A DNA stretch of 64,000 bases from Blasia pusilla (Eukaryota): the NCBI GenBank assembly GCA_050084515.1, contig CM114271.1, positions 42,222,001 to 42,286,000 on the forward strand. The letters run 5' to 3'. Shown in pieces: positions 24,550 to 37,595 of this stretch. Every line of letters starts with the position of its first letter. The stretch's first letter is position 1. Both the position numbers and the translations under genes were made by a program. Below the pieces are notes generated by a model. The model saw only the letters and a program-made list of their open reading frames with translations, was not told the origin of the DNA and made no database searches.

Positions 24550-27500
24550 CCTTGTACAGTGAGATCTCCAATGACCGATCCAAAGAGACAAAAGACTCAG
24601 AGTGGAGGATGTCTCATGGTTGTTATATTGGTATTTGTTGATAGTTTTGATGAGTCCACTCTAGACGAACAACTTGCTGCTCACAATAAAGTACTTGGCA
24701 GAAAAGTTCTTCCCGCCTCTCTCTACGACAGAGATATGATCAACGAGGAGTATAGATTACTTCCGACCCTCGGAGAGAACGAGTTTCGGATGGGTGACCT
24801 CGTGGAGATTTTCTCTGGCTTGTCAAAGGTTGGAGCGCGGAAGAATGCCATTGTGGTAAATCCAGGTTGCTGCGTACTGGCGGCTCTAGTGGTGAGTTTT
24901 TCATTCGGAACCTAAGTTCTGATCATAATTACATACATTCTACTTAAGTTCTTATTCATAAGATATGTACCAACTCCCCAAGCTGGTACCCTTACAGGTT
25001 TCGAGCATCCATTTCTAAGCATTTTTCCCGCAAGTGGATGGGGCAACATTGTCGGACTTCTGCCTGAAATTCGATCAATTCTGCAAGATCGATACAAACC
25101 GTAGTCTTCTAAATACTATAGGAGCAAAGGACCCAGACATGGAAGAGGAATCAGAAGATGATGACGAATCAGAAGTAAGCTCCGCGATTTTGTGCCTCGA
25201 ATCATGCCAGAAGTTTGTTTCTCTTCGCACTACTATTCGATTCAAGCAGGCACATTACTGATTTTGGCTGGTTTATGGCTCAGGACGATGGAGTCTCGGA
25301 GAGGGATGAGGAGGAGGGATTGGCTCCTCCAACTTTTGAAAGGGTGACATCGCCGGATGCGTTGATTCCTCAAATTTTGGCAGGGGAAACTAGTGCTCTA
25401 GCTACTCCTGATTCAGCAAGATATTCCGATAGAACTATCCCCACACCGTTGGGAGAAAATATCGTAAGTCAATTTAAGAAGCTCTTTATGAAAAAACTTT
25501 ATGTTTTTTATTGGGACGATGACTATTACATATAGAATTCTAATCTAAGTATCTATTTGCGAAGCAGTCATCGTCGATTGGTGGAAAATCACTTGGACTA
25601 TTGCCGCTCACTCTTGAGGGAGAGAAGGATGACGAAGTGGTGGAGAGCAGATCCAAGAAGATGCCATCGTAAAAAATACCAACTGCGTGAGAAATTTACT
25701 TGATCCTCTATGATCCTCCTAATGCATGCAAATGCTTCCTAGTATTAGTTTCAAAGTAATAGTTTTGTTCTCATTACGTTGAGTGTTCACATGGAGAAAA
25801 TGAGAGGGAGGGACTACGTGGGACGGACAAGCAGATTGCGACATCATCGGGCTTTCCTACTCAGGTGAGCAACCCAATTAATTTTTCCTATTCTAATTTC
25901 AGTTTCCCCGCCTCTTCTTGCACTGATGTAAAACTTAAGTTCTCATTATGTCGAGCATTTTTCCACTACACAGGGAGAAGAGGAGAGAGAGGGACTGCTT
26001 GGGACGGAAAAGCAGACTCCACCCTCATCAGAATCTCCTTCTGAGGTGAGCAACCCAATTAATCTTTCATATTGTGTTTCGAGTTTCCCAGCCTCCTCTT
26101 GCACTGATGTAGAACTTAAGTTCTCATTATGTCGAACATTTTTCCACTACCCAGGGAGAAGAGGAGAGTGAGGGACTGCTTGAGACAGAAAAGTAGACTC
26201 AAGAGGGAGAAAAGGGGATTGAGGGACTCAAAGGTACAGAAAACCTCACTGCAACGTTACCGGCTTCTCCGAATCAGATGAGCAACTAAAGTAGTGATTA
26301 ACTCATCTAAAGTTCTCATTGTATTCAGCGTCTCCACACTTTGAATTTAGAAAAGAAAACCTCATATTGTGGTTTCATGCAAGAGTCACTCGATGGAACA
26401 CGTAGTAGGTCGACGTCTGAGTGTTCATCGGTTGGTGACTCGCAACTTAGAAAAGTAGTAAATACTATCCTAGGGAATGACTTAGACACTACACTCAAAA
26501 TATCAAATTCTGACGACTCTACATGCAATTTAACAATCAAATGTGTAAATGCACAGAAAAATGATACGTCTCAAGCTCAACCTCAAGCTCCAGTGTCTAC
26601 AAATCCTGCGGCTTTGGCGAGGAGTACATCGCCAAAGAAAGCTGCTAGGCCAAAAAATGAAGGGAGAACGAACATTGACATCTCCGAGACACGTACAGTC
26701 ATCGCGCCGAAGGCTTCTCTAGGAAATATGGACCGAAAAAAAAACACAAAACGGATCCCACGTAGAACAGTATCAACGACAGTTGGAGACTCTAGCGATT
26801 TGGGGCTTCTCCGGAAATTTTAGCCTTGAAACCTTTCAAAGAAAAAAAAGCAGATTAACCCATCCCAAGCACATGGAACATCTCCAGATAGTACTAGCTG
26901 GAGACAAACATCAACCGGAGGACCTGGTCCTTGGTAAGACTCAAACATCATAATCTTTACTATGAGGGGTTTCACACAGACTTTGATTATGCCGAAAGAG
27001 AGTTGAGATTACTAGCGAGTGGTGGTTCCATAAAGTCGAGCATGGAGGATAAAACCTCCTTGGAAACCATTAGGGAAATGAGTGCGGAAATTAGATCTTT
27101 GGATTTTAGCACCTGGGGGTGTTTGAAGTGACAGTCATTTTGATACATATCTTAATCCAAACTTCACTTCCCATTCATTCCTCTATGACTACCTTCTATC
27201 AATTGTTATATGAAGTGTAAGGGTTTTGCCCTTGCATCCCTTCTGCACACGAGTGGTGCAATAGTTAATGTAATGTAACTAGTCCAAGAGTTGAGGACTT
27301 CTACTTTCATGCTATGTTTCATTTTTTCCTCCAACCTTGCATCGCCTTTGTATTTATGTATCCTTGGATTCTGATGAAAGAAATGTTTGATGCAGACTCG
27401 GCCTAAATCTAGTAAAATCATGCTGCTTTCTGAATCGCACGAGGTCTTGCTTCTTGCCTTGCTTATCGAAATACTGGAAACTTGAAAAGTATTAGCATCA

Positions 27501-29700
27501 AACCAGGGTGTGGAGAATTTCTCCACGCAGCCAGTGATTACTTTGCTTTGGGCTTATGGACATATAAGAATGAAGATAGTTTGGCCAGAATAGAGTTTGC
27601 AATTTTGGAGCACTTACAAGAGAGGAATCTTCCCCCGGTTGGGTTCACTTTGGTTTGTGCAAATGACAGTCCGCGTGGAGGTCGACCGGCTCCATTCAAA
27701 CTACTGAACTATTTTGACGAGGCAAGAAGACATTGGCTGGATTTGGACATCCAACAATAGATTTTGTTTTCTGACGTGGTTGGAAATGAGAACCACCACG
27801 ATAGTATACATCATTTTATGAAGATGCCAAAATGGAAGGCATCATCGTCCAAAGATAGTTTTATTATGACGGTGTTGACACACTATGTCGAATTGCTACG
27901 GATCATCATATCCAATGATCATTTCCAGACTCCGTGGGAGTTCATCCGACAGTGCGATTTGCCCTCTTACTGTAGGAAGGTAATTTCAATTTTTACCCAT
28001 TGTGAACCAATCTTACACCTATAAATTTGGGATTTTTCCTAATACTAAAATATTTCGCGCAGCCTGGTGAGAATCGACGCTACTATGAACCAAAGGAGCC
28101 TGCTACGAGTCCAAATGTTGGACACCGACCTTCAGGCAAAAAGGTAAGCACTGACACTGTGATAGTTGAATGAATGAATATTGCTTGATGGAACTATAGT
28201 TCTAATTCCTTCTTTGAGAGGCTAATATCTTGCCTTGGTTGATGGATAGGTGAAATCCCTTAGGCCTCTTCTTATCCTCAAAATTGACGGAATTATTTAC
28301 TGAATTATGGATAGAGTTAGAAAACCGAATCCCCTTGGTCTTAGGGGAAACAATGCCTTCATGTCGGGAGATGGACGGGTTGTATTTGTCCTCCCCAACG
28401 ATAGAATACTAACTAACATGATAGAGAGAGAATAGGATTATGGGTTTTGGACCACGATGAGTAGGGAAGATGCACTTGAAATGCTTGAGAGGCTAGCAGA
28501 TTCCTGCTATTTGTCTAAATCTTTCGTCAAGAAGGCCAATTTTTTTTGGTCTATGCGGGACTACTCTATTTGAAAGGAGACAAAGGGTCTCTCAAAGTAT
28601 GGGAAAGATCTGCCCTTCTTTTACGCTATTAGAGAGTTTAGAAACTTCTCATGCCCAAAGAATACAGTCGTGGTGGACATTGGGATTAATTCCCTCCTTT
28701 TGAATGATCCAAATAGCGTTATAGCCCTTCCAAAATTTAATATAGTTCTAGGACCCCGGGACAAAAAAATTCATTGTGAGGCCGATACTATTCTCTCTTA
28801 CCTTCTGATAATGAAAGAAAGTTTCCTAGATGGGATGAGTGTTAGTCATTTTATTAATACTAGGCGAATTGGTTTTCCAAAGCCACATTCTACTGGCGGT
28901 AATGGTAAATGTCTTCTCCAAGCAATCCAAGAAAAGCTAAAGGCCTCGGTCTTTTTCCAAAATGTACCTAAACAGCTGACTCGGAAAATATGCAAGGAAT
29001 GTCCAAGAGTGGAGATCACCGCAGAACTCATCTTTGGCAGCGTGGATCAGATATCAGTGGAAGCTATGAGGCCAGCATGCAATATCAATGCCTTCCTTAT
29101 TGCCAGGTGGTGTTTGGAGTCTCCGACAGAGAAACGTCTCCCGGCTGGAGTTTTCAACATCAGCGTGAAGTTGGGGACTCGCAAAGTGGGAGAATCAGTA
29201 TGGTTTCAAGGCCTTCATTGATAAAAGTGGCTTCTTAAACCTGGAGTCCATAGCAAGGTGGAGTCAGAAGGGTGGACCGTCATTCGGTGTCTACATCGAC
29301 ACCAACATGAGCTTTGTGGGTTATGTTGCCCTCTTTATATTTATGATGTTTTCCCTTATGGTGCCATGCGAGATGAGGAATAAAGTGGTGCAGTACAAGG
29401 GAACCAACAAGGTGTTTATTTTCACCCTATAGGAGCATCACTTTGTGCTAAGGATTGCAGCCAAGTCGATCACCATTGTAGATACCCCAGGTTCCCGCCT
29501 AGACCGGGAATGTAAGAGGGCATACCAAATCTTCTTCCACTCCAACGTGTCTCCTGTGGTGGATAACGTATTCCACTGTTCCATCAAGGGGAATGATCTC
29601 CAACAACCACCGGAATAGTGCTTGCTGGTGACCGGGCAAGAAGTTGACCATTTTTTCCTTGACGAGTACGGCACGAACTGAAGCATTATTTTTTCAACTA
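24550..29700 (+). pseudogene. Decayed multi-exon gene(s): low-complexity N-terminal exons, two FCP1/NIF-like HAD domains and a possible Ulp1-like (C48) protease domain
   Basis: Clear GT..AG introns. SIKPGCGEFLHAASDYFALGLWT (~27490-27560). LRPLLILKIDGII...DYGFWTT...FFWS...KDL...PKNTVVVD...NDPNSVIALPKF (28258-28740). EHHFVL..IVDT...LQQPPE*C (~29430-29620). Many stops. Confidence 0.55.
25793..26290 (+). repeat. Tandem 181-bp exon+intron unit (72-nt exon plus 109-nt intron), ~2.7 copies
   Basis: Exons at 25793-25864, 25974-26045 and 26155-26277. Introns 25865-25973 and 26046-26154 (GTGAGC...CAG) are highly similar to each other. Confidence 0.8.
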
Positions 29701-29925
29701 CATCATTGCAAAGGCCAAGGATTGGGATGTGGACCTGTGCGATTCCGGGCACACGCCTATTTTTTGCCTTTGAAAGGTGCCACCTTCTGGTCTGGTTTGG
29801 ACTTCATTGCAACGAAGAGTATCAGAAGAAGAATTTCGATAAGTTTCAAGCTATCTAAGTGATGGACTCAATATGTATATCCGTGAGGTTATAGAATCGC
29901 CGGTGGACTCAATACATATATTCGT

Positions 29926-30348
29926 GCTCCTAAGATCCCTACATCGGAAACAAATGTAGAATCCTAACTTTAGTTCTAATTGTGTCCCAAACTGCCGTGC
30001 CCGCCGAACGTTATTTGGAGCCACACTTCGACTAAGTCCAACTGGATCCTAAGATATAATTCTAGCCGCAGAAGGCATCTGTAAAAGGGAAATCCCCATC
30101 GTTGATTGAAATTTTAGTTTGGAATGGCCTGCTCCTAACATCCCAAAAGGTCGGCAACGAGTGTGGAATCAAAAACTTAGTTCTGATTGTGTCCCAAACT
30201 TCCGCGCCCGTTGAACGTCATTTGGAGCCAAACTTAGTCTCAGTCCAATTGGATCCTAAGATTCAATTTCGGCCGCAAAAGGCGTCCGGTAAAGGGAAAT
30301 CCCCATCCTTGATTGGAGCTATAGTTCCAAATGGCCTACTCCTAAGAT
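29926..30348 (+). repeat. ~205-bp tandem repeat, two copies
   Basis: ttagttct(a/g)attgtgtcccaaact, ggatcctaagat and gggaaatccccatc each recur about 205 bp apart. Confidence 0.85.
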
Positions 30349-30850
30349 CAAGGTTGCACGCGGGTCAAGTCTGTGTCCGCGGATATATGTCCGTCTCGAG
30401 GACGAACATGTCCATGCGGGCCCGAGTGCACGCTCCATGATCTTGCATTGCCCACGGCCCGCATACCGAGCAATCCGCCCTTTCCCGGCCAATGCGCATC
30501 ATGCCTGACCCCCATTTTTCTATCAGGCCCGCGTCGCCAACAAATTGGGCCGCGTCGCACCCTCTGATTCGTTGCTTCGGGCCTAGCCCGCGTACATCCC
30601 GCGCGGTGTCTTTGTGGCCCACGACGGAGCCTGCATGCAGGCCCGTCCCCCTCCCCCCGCCCGCATGTGGGCCCACCGTAGCCCTCCGTGGCCCTCTCGA
30701 GGGCCCACCATTCCCACGAACCCCACGGGGATATGTGGCGGCCTAGGAGTGGCTGGGGACAAGTTTGAGCTTGGCCCCAACCCCCTCCCTTCCCCTTTTC
30801 TCCCTTTTGGGTAAAACCCATAAGGGAAGGGCCCACAAGGGGCCCCCAAA
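30349..30850 (+). mobile_element. GC-rich left end related to the CAAGGTTGCA hAT-like family
   Basis: Starts caaggttgcacgcgggtcaagtctgtgtccgcgga, similar to the starts at 19507 and 50011; many GGCCC motifs. Confidence 0.55.
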
Positions 30851-31004
30851 ATGTATATATGAAAGGAGATTTAGGGATAATTTACCTCATTATCTCTATT
30901 TTTCCATGTTTTATCAATTTTTTGGTGACGTTTTGGATTAGGCTCCAAATTTCTATAGTGCCTTGAGAGCTAAGGGATTTCAAGGTTACTTGGAATTTTG
31001 GAGA

Positions 31005-32150
31005 AATCTCTTGGGTGCCTTTTTGGGAGTCCTTGGATTCCATTTTTGCTGAAACGTGACAAGAGTGCTATATGCACCTTGGGGACCATGTGGGCCAAAT
31101 GTCAACTCAAGATGACAAAGTTGGACAAGATGAAAAAGAAAAAGCCTTATTTTGATAGAAGGTCTGATGGTTCGAGTCCAAAAAGGAGTAGGTATTTTCT
31201 TAGCTTTTGCTCCCAACTCCATTTAGCATGAAAAATGGCAAGACTGCAAGATGAACCTTGTAGACCATTTGGGCCAAATTTCATCTCAAGATGAGAGATT
31301 TGGAAAAGGTGAAAAATCATAAGGACTTCTTTTCATTCAAGGTTTAATGGTTCGGGTCAAAAAAGGAGTTAGTAATTTTTGAGTTTTTTTTCACAAGTCC
31401 ATTTTCACTGAAACTTGGCAAGAGTGTAACATGCACCTTGGGGACCATGTGGGCCAAATTTCAACTCAAGATGAGAGAGTTGGACAAGATGAAAAATGAA
31501 AAAACCTTATTTTGGTAGAAGGTTTAATGGTTCAGGTCCAAAAAGGAGTTAGTAATTTTTGAGTTTTTTCTCACAACTCCATTTTGAGTGAAACTTGGCA
31601 AGAGTGTCACATGCACCTTGGGGACAATGTTGTGAAAATTTCAGCTTAAGATGAGAAGGTTGGGCAAGATGGAAAATGAAAAAAACCATTTTTTCATAGA
31701 AGGTCTGATGGTCCGGGTCCAAAAAGGAGTTAGTAATTTTTGGGCTTTTTCTCATAACTCCATTTTGCATGAAACTTTACTAGAGTCTAACATGCACCTT
31801 GGGGAATATGTGGCACAAAATTCAGTTCAATATGTGAAAGTTGGACAAGATGAAAAATGAAAAAAGCCTTATTTTGATAAAAGGTCCGATGGTTCGGGTC
31901 CAAAATGGACTTGCCACTTTTTGAGCTTTGGTCCCAACTCCATTTTGATTTAAACTTGGCAAGAGTGCTAGATGCACCTTGGAGACCATGTGGGCTAAAT
32001 TTTAGCTGAAGATGGAAACGTTGGACAAGATGTCCGGTTGAAGACCTTTTGTTTCATTCAAGGTTATCTACTTCGGGTCCAAAAGGTCATTTAAAAATTA
32101 ATTTGGGATGAGACTTTGCCAGAGTGATAGATGTTACTTGGGGGCCATCT
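31005..32150 (+). repeat. 180-bp tandem (satellite-like) array, ~6 copies
   Basis: gggaccatgtgggccaaat-like motif at 31082, 31261, 31441, 31621, 31801 and 31981. Confidence 0.95.
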
Positions 32151-32999
32151 GCACTATTCTATAGAATGTTAGAAGAGTTATTAAATTTCACTCTTATAAG
32201 TAATTAAATTCTTGCAATTAAATGTAAATAATATCCTACTCCCTAGAGTAAATTCATCCTTCCATAAAATTCAAACCAAATCTATTCACTCTCTGTTGAA
32301 ATTCGATTTCCCTTTCCATTACATATGAATCAACACACCTCTGAATTTATTTATCTAACATTTTCAAATTTATAAAAATTTAGTAATATTTATATTCATC
32401 TATTATAGTATTAAATAAAAAATTAATTAATAAGGAAATTTGGTTTCTATTCCACCCAAGTCCCTTTCAAATTCTACCCCATGCAATATTGGTCACTAAA
32501 CAAAATTCATACATTATTTTCCTTTACAATTCAATTCAAACATATATTTTCCTTTATTAATTTTGGAAAAAATATTCATCCCTTGTCCAATCCCCATCTT
32601 TCAATAAATAAATGAAAATCACTTATTTTGATGAGTTAGTAGTAATTTTTTAGGAGTTAGTAATAAGAAAATAAATTTATATCAAACATATCATTCAATT
32701 ATGGTACCTTCCACCTTATCCAAGGATTTATAATCCAAGAGGAAAAATTCTCCATTTCATGAACTCACTTCATGGACAACATTCGTGATCGACTCATATT
32801 CACAAGTTTCCTTTGTGGAATATTTTGAGTTTTTTTGAAATTTTTTTACAGCAAATGAGGAGTATCCCACAAAACATTTGGATTGAGAGGAACCTAATAC
32901 TTATGTACATTACAAAGATATAAATTTCAACTCATTTTCTCTAATCTGATTCATCATCCGATATATGTAACACCGGTGCCGACGTCTCACTATTTCTTC

Positions 33000-35181
33000 C
33001 TCCTCTTCCCCTAGCTCTAGTCACGCACATCCCACCTCCACGAGGAATAGTCCTTTCCATCTCAATATCAGCTTCACCATCATCAATTTCTTGTGTTGGC
33101 TGTGTCGAAAACATCTCCCACTCTCTCTCGAAGAATCCAAAGAGTTCCTCTTGTGTTCAACGAGGGTAATAGTATGTTCGAGGATATCCGCCTTCAGTCC
33201 TTTGAGGAATATCTTGCCATAAGAAAGGTGGCAAGATCAATTCGAGTCTCCTCAAAACAAGCTCATCCATCAATGGATTTTGATGATGGTTTAGCGCAAG
33301 TTGTCGAGTTGTGTTGAGGGCGTCTCGAACTTCTTGTGAATTCAACCCTTGAGCAAAGAAGAAGTTTTCCGCCTCTCAATTTTGGAGATCAATGGTTGTT
33401 CTGTGGATGAGCTCTCCTTGATCATACATGTCAATAAAGCGGACCAACCATGCTCGCATTGCCTGATCAATCCTCCACCGGCGAGGGAATTCTGCTTGAA
33501 CCACCCCATCTATGTTCACTTCGGGATTATATTTCGATCGGGGGCTACGATGTCCCAAACTAAAAGTAAAATTTTCTTGCTGTTGGGTTAATTTGCGATA
33601 AGTGGGTGGTGCATGGCCATCAGAAGCGTGCAAAGAAATGCCGAATAGGTGATAGAGTCTTCTTGACAAAGCTTGTCTATAAGTTGGACATTTGTGAGAT
33701 AGTAGCATGGCCTTTTGAAGACAATATGGATGGCAATAACAAGCTTTACATGTGCCTGTCACATAGCAACCTTCTGCAGCAATGGGGTTGAAGCAGATCA
33801 TGCATTTGGACCAATTGTTTGGCGTGAGGGCCCCTCCTTCACATATTGCGATTGCCTTCATCCAATCCGGAAGATCTTGCACTTGTGTATTTGGATTAAG
33901 AGGCATTGGTGCCAACATCATAGAGGCATAGTTCGCAGCGTTTGGATCTATGACATTGTCCCATGCTGCGCGTAGAGGTGGAGGCCACAACTGCTTGATA
34001 GGTTGAAATAAGATCATATCAACCTCCTTCACGATACGACCCTCAAGTAGGGTTGTCTCGGGGGTGAGTCCTCCCATGTTACCTCTTGCTCTCCATCGCA
34101 ACAATTCATCCAGCTCTTGCTGTCACCTTGCCATGATGTTCTTGTATGCTCTCCTTCATTGCTATGTGTGGTCAACCATTACAGATCTTTGCCTTCTATG
34201 GAGGTCATCTCTGGAAATATATTCGTTCAAAAGCCTCTCCATCTCTTTCTTCAATCTGATGTGCTCCTCAGATAGCTGTTCATATTTCCCTTTCAAAAAG
34301 TTGAATTCCGCGGCCAAATCAAAATTACGTTGGGAATTTGTTATTAAACTCTCCAACTCTAATAGACAAGACATTACCTCGCTATTATCCAGAGCACTCT
34401 CCTTGCGAAAGGATTGGGGAGGAGCACCCCTATGTATAGGACGATCAAAACTCTCCACGGGCTCATCAAAGCTCGTACTACAACCTATATAGAGGTCATT
34501 CAAACCATCTTGTCTATCCTCTTCCCCCATCTATACTCGCCCTTCATCTCCACTCTTGTCTTGTATATATTCTTCAGCACGATGATTTCTTCTTTGACCA
34601 TCCAAGGAAGATAGTATGGCTCTAAGGCTCCTTGACAATCCATCTTGCTAATAATGGCGTGACGAAGCCTGTGGTGATGAAGCTTCCACTCTTGCTCGTT
34701 GAAAGTGTTGCTGTAGGGTTCTACTGTCTTCTTCTCTTGGTCTCTTATCTCTTCTTGAAGACCCCTCATCTACATCACCATACTAGACCTCCATATCCTT
34801 CATCAACTTCGCGACTTTGAGTTGAATAAATACCTTGCTCACTAACTTCCTCTTCCTCTTGGGAAGGTCTTCGTACTTTTGGATGCCATTGAATAAAACC
34901 CAATCCTTTGTCCAGTCATTCTCTTCCACTTTCCTTGCAAATTCTCTAATCTCATGCTCCGGCCACTTCAGCCGTGACTTCTTGAACTCTCCTTTCAAAA
35001 CTTGTGGATCAATGGCGCTATCCAAGTGCGCCTTCAATTCATCTTCCGTGAAGAATTGCGAGACCGTCTTCTTGTTCACCTTTGGAGGGATCTCTAGTGT
35101 CGGTGTATCAAGGGGTTCTTCCCCTCTTCCATCTTCTTGATTGTGGTGAGGGCTACGGTCTTCATGAGGTGGTAACTCCAT
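33000..35181 (-). pseudogene. Decayed gene encoding a coiled-coil plus RING-finger protein
   Basis: Chain of ORFs 34783-35232, 34500-34769, 34162-34530 and 33376-34104. RING-like CMIC...C..C..HPYCL...CPTYR at ~33676-33804, where the last Cys has become Tyr. Confidence 0.6.
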
Positions 35182-35399
35182 CTTGTCTTTTACCGAAATA
35201 CAAAAAGAAAGGTGATTTAGAAATGATTCCAATAATAGTGATACGATGACACACGATACATCCGCACATCAATCAAGATTCATCATTTACAAAATTTCAT
35301 AGTAACATATTCATCTTTTTGAACCAAGTCTTTCATTTCTCATGAAAAATATCCAATCGTCAAACGGGTTTACAATCATACTACCATTGTTATTGGCCT

Positions 35400-36753
35400 T
35401 ATCCTGAATCTACATCATCTACACCTAATACTTTTGCATTTGCTCTGATATATGCAATAAGAAACTATAAGCTTTTGCGATCAGAGGGATTTGGAGCTAA
35501 TGTCCACTTTTGAATCCTTTCCAATAAGTAAATCTCACGTTCGCTTGGGCATTCCCGACAGAGAGGTTGTATGTCACATAATTCAAATTCTTCACAATCA
35601 TTCCTAGGGCTAAGATTTTGTGGCCTTGCTAAAAGGGAGATTCAGAGGCCCTACTGTGAACTCCGGTGCTATATGCCAAATATGATTTTTTGTTCATGTT
35701 GCCACCATTTATGAGAAGACTCTAAGACTTCATCAATCCACATGGTATTCTCACAATCTCCAACGCCCATGTATGGGCTAGACTTGGATCCAAAATGGAT
35801 GAGCGTGTTTCTAGCATGGAGGTTGGTATGAAAAACCCCACGCTTGTAGAGAGTCTCCATGGTACCAAGAAGGGAAACCACAAGCTCGACGACATTTGAT
35901 GCTATTGCGAGACATCTCATCTTTTCCAGCTTTCCTAGATTGTCCGTGTTGTTCTTCAAGTTATGGCATGCTTGCAACCAATTTTCGAGGTGTCCACTAT
36001 TCCAATATGGAAAAATGGCACGCGGTGGATCCTGATCAACCTTCCCACCATGCAAACAATACCGCAATGTAAAATACTCGCAAAAAACTCCTCTCGCATC
36101 ATTGATTTTCTAGATCCTGATAGAGATGATTTCTTATACACCTTCATGCAATAGTACATTTTTTCCCTAAAGCCATGGGTTCTATTTATTTTACAATGGT
36201 AAAAAATTCCGTGTAAAGCGGTTCCCACAATATCGCTCAGGTCATCTCTTATTACTATATTCTTATCGGAAATCAAAGTTATTGCACATGGAACGGTCAA
36301 TATCAACCACAAAGAAGTACTATGTCCCTTGAAAAGACGTTGAGTACTTCTTAACTCTATACTGAATCTTTCTAGGAGAGCCAAATCTGCAGCATTCTGC
36401 TTCTTATCCTTATATGTCTTGAGATCGACATACGCTCTCTCCAGGTTATTACCTTGTTGGGCACAAAATTTAGTCATCCTATCAGCCTTCGCGACATCCA
36501 CTTCCTAGTCAATTGCCTTTGTCACTCTATTGGATAATCTCTGTAATTCCAAGGTGTAGTCATATAAACCATCCATACCCCTCAAAATGTAGGATCGTCT
36601 CTTGTCTAAAGAAAGCTGGAAAAACCAGTTTAAACATGCCTCTCTTAAGGCCATGTTGAAATCATTCCTCAGAGTTGCTCTTTGCCTCTTGGCACCGACA
36701 TTGGACTCATTTCGGTTCTCTCCCGCTCTCGATGATCCAACCCCACTAGACAT
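35400..36753 (-). pseudogene. Divergent protein-kinase-like pseudogene
   Basis: VGTALHGIFY (G-loop-like), YCMKVY, REE (helix C), IFPYWNSGHL, VFHTNLHARNTLIHF (catalytic-loop-like), GVGDC, and KWTLAPNPSDR (subdomain XI, ~35470-35510). Stop and frameshift present. Confidence 0.65.
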
Positions 36754-37009
36754 TTCCCTTGGATGAAGAAGATAATAATATCTTAAAAAATACAAGGGAA
36801 AGAAATTTACGGGTTGAGATAAGAAAATACCGAAAAGAGAATGACGTGAGATGCTAAAACAATGGCTTAGAATGTACCAGCGCATGAATGATGGAAGTTT
36901 AGGGTTGGGCTCTCAAAGGGAATAGGTAGATATGGGCATGTTTAGATAAGGTTCCTTGATCACCTCCACATCCCCCATGTGCTAAGGAGAACCAATGAAA
37001 CTTGTGAGT

Positions 37010-37590
37010 AAACGTTCAAAAATTACTAACTCTTTTTTGGACCCAAACCATTAGACCTTCTATGAAAAAATGATTTTTTAAATTTTTCATCTAGTCCAAC
37101 TTTGTCATCTTGAACTGAAATTTGGCCCACGTGATCCCCAAGATGCATATAATACTCTTGCCAAGTTTAAGTCAAAATAGATTTGTGAGAAAAATCTAAA
37201 AAATTACTAACTCCTTTTTGGACCTGAACCATCAGACCTTCTATAAAAATAAGGTTTTTCATTTTTCATCTTGTCCAACTTTGTCATCTTGAGCTGAAAT
37301 TTGGCCAACATGGTCCCCAAGGTGCATCTAGCACTCTTGCCAAGTTTTAGGCAAAATGAATTTGTGAGCAAAAGCTAAAAATTTCTAACTCGTTTCTTGG
37401 ACCCGAACCATTACACTTTCTATCAAAATAAGGTTTTTTCATTTTTCACCTTGTCTAAATTTCCCATCTTGAGTTGAAAGTTTTTCTACATGGTTTCCAA
37501 GGTGCATGTTCCACTCTTGCCAAGTTTCAACTTAAATGGAGTTGTGAGGAAAACCTCAAAAATATGTAAATACCTTTTGGACCCGAACTT
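37010..37590 (-). repeat. Same 180-bp unit as 31005-32150, inverted, ~3 copies, cut on the right
   Basis: aaattactaactc-ttttggacc-like motif at 37019, 37201, 37380 and 37560 is the reverse complement of ggtccaaaaaggagttagtaattt in the left array. Confidence 0.93.
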
Positions 37591-37595
37591 CGCTA

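Noticed and set aside
30348-30849. Overlapping ORFs in GC-rich repeats (also 19177-19849 and 49846-50608)
   Set aside because: They fall within non-coding TIR-element or LTR sequence; open frames reflect composition.
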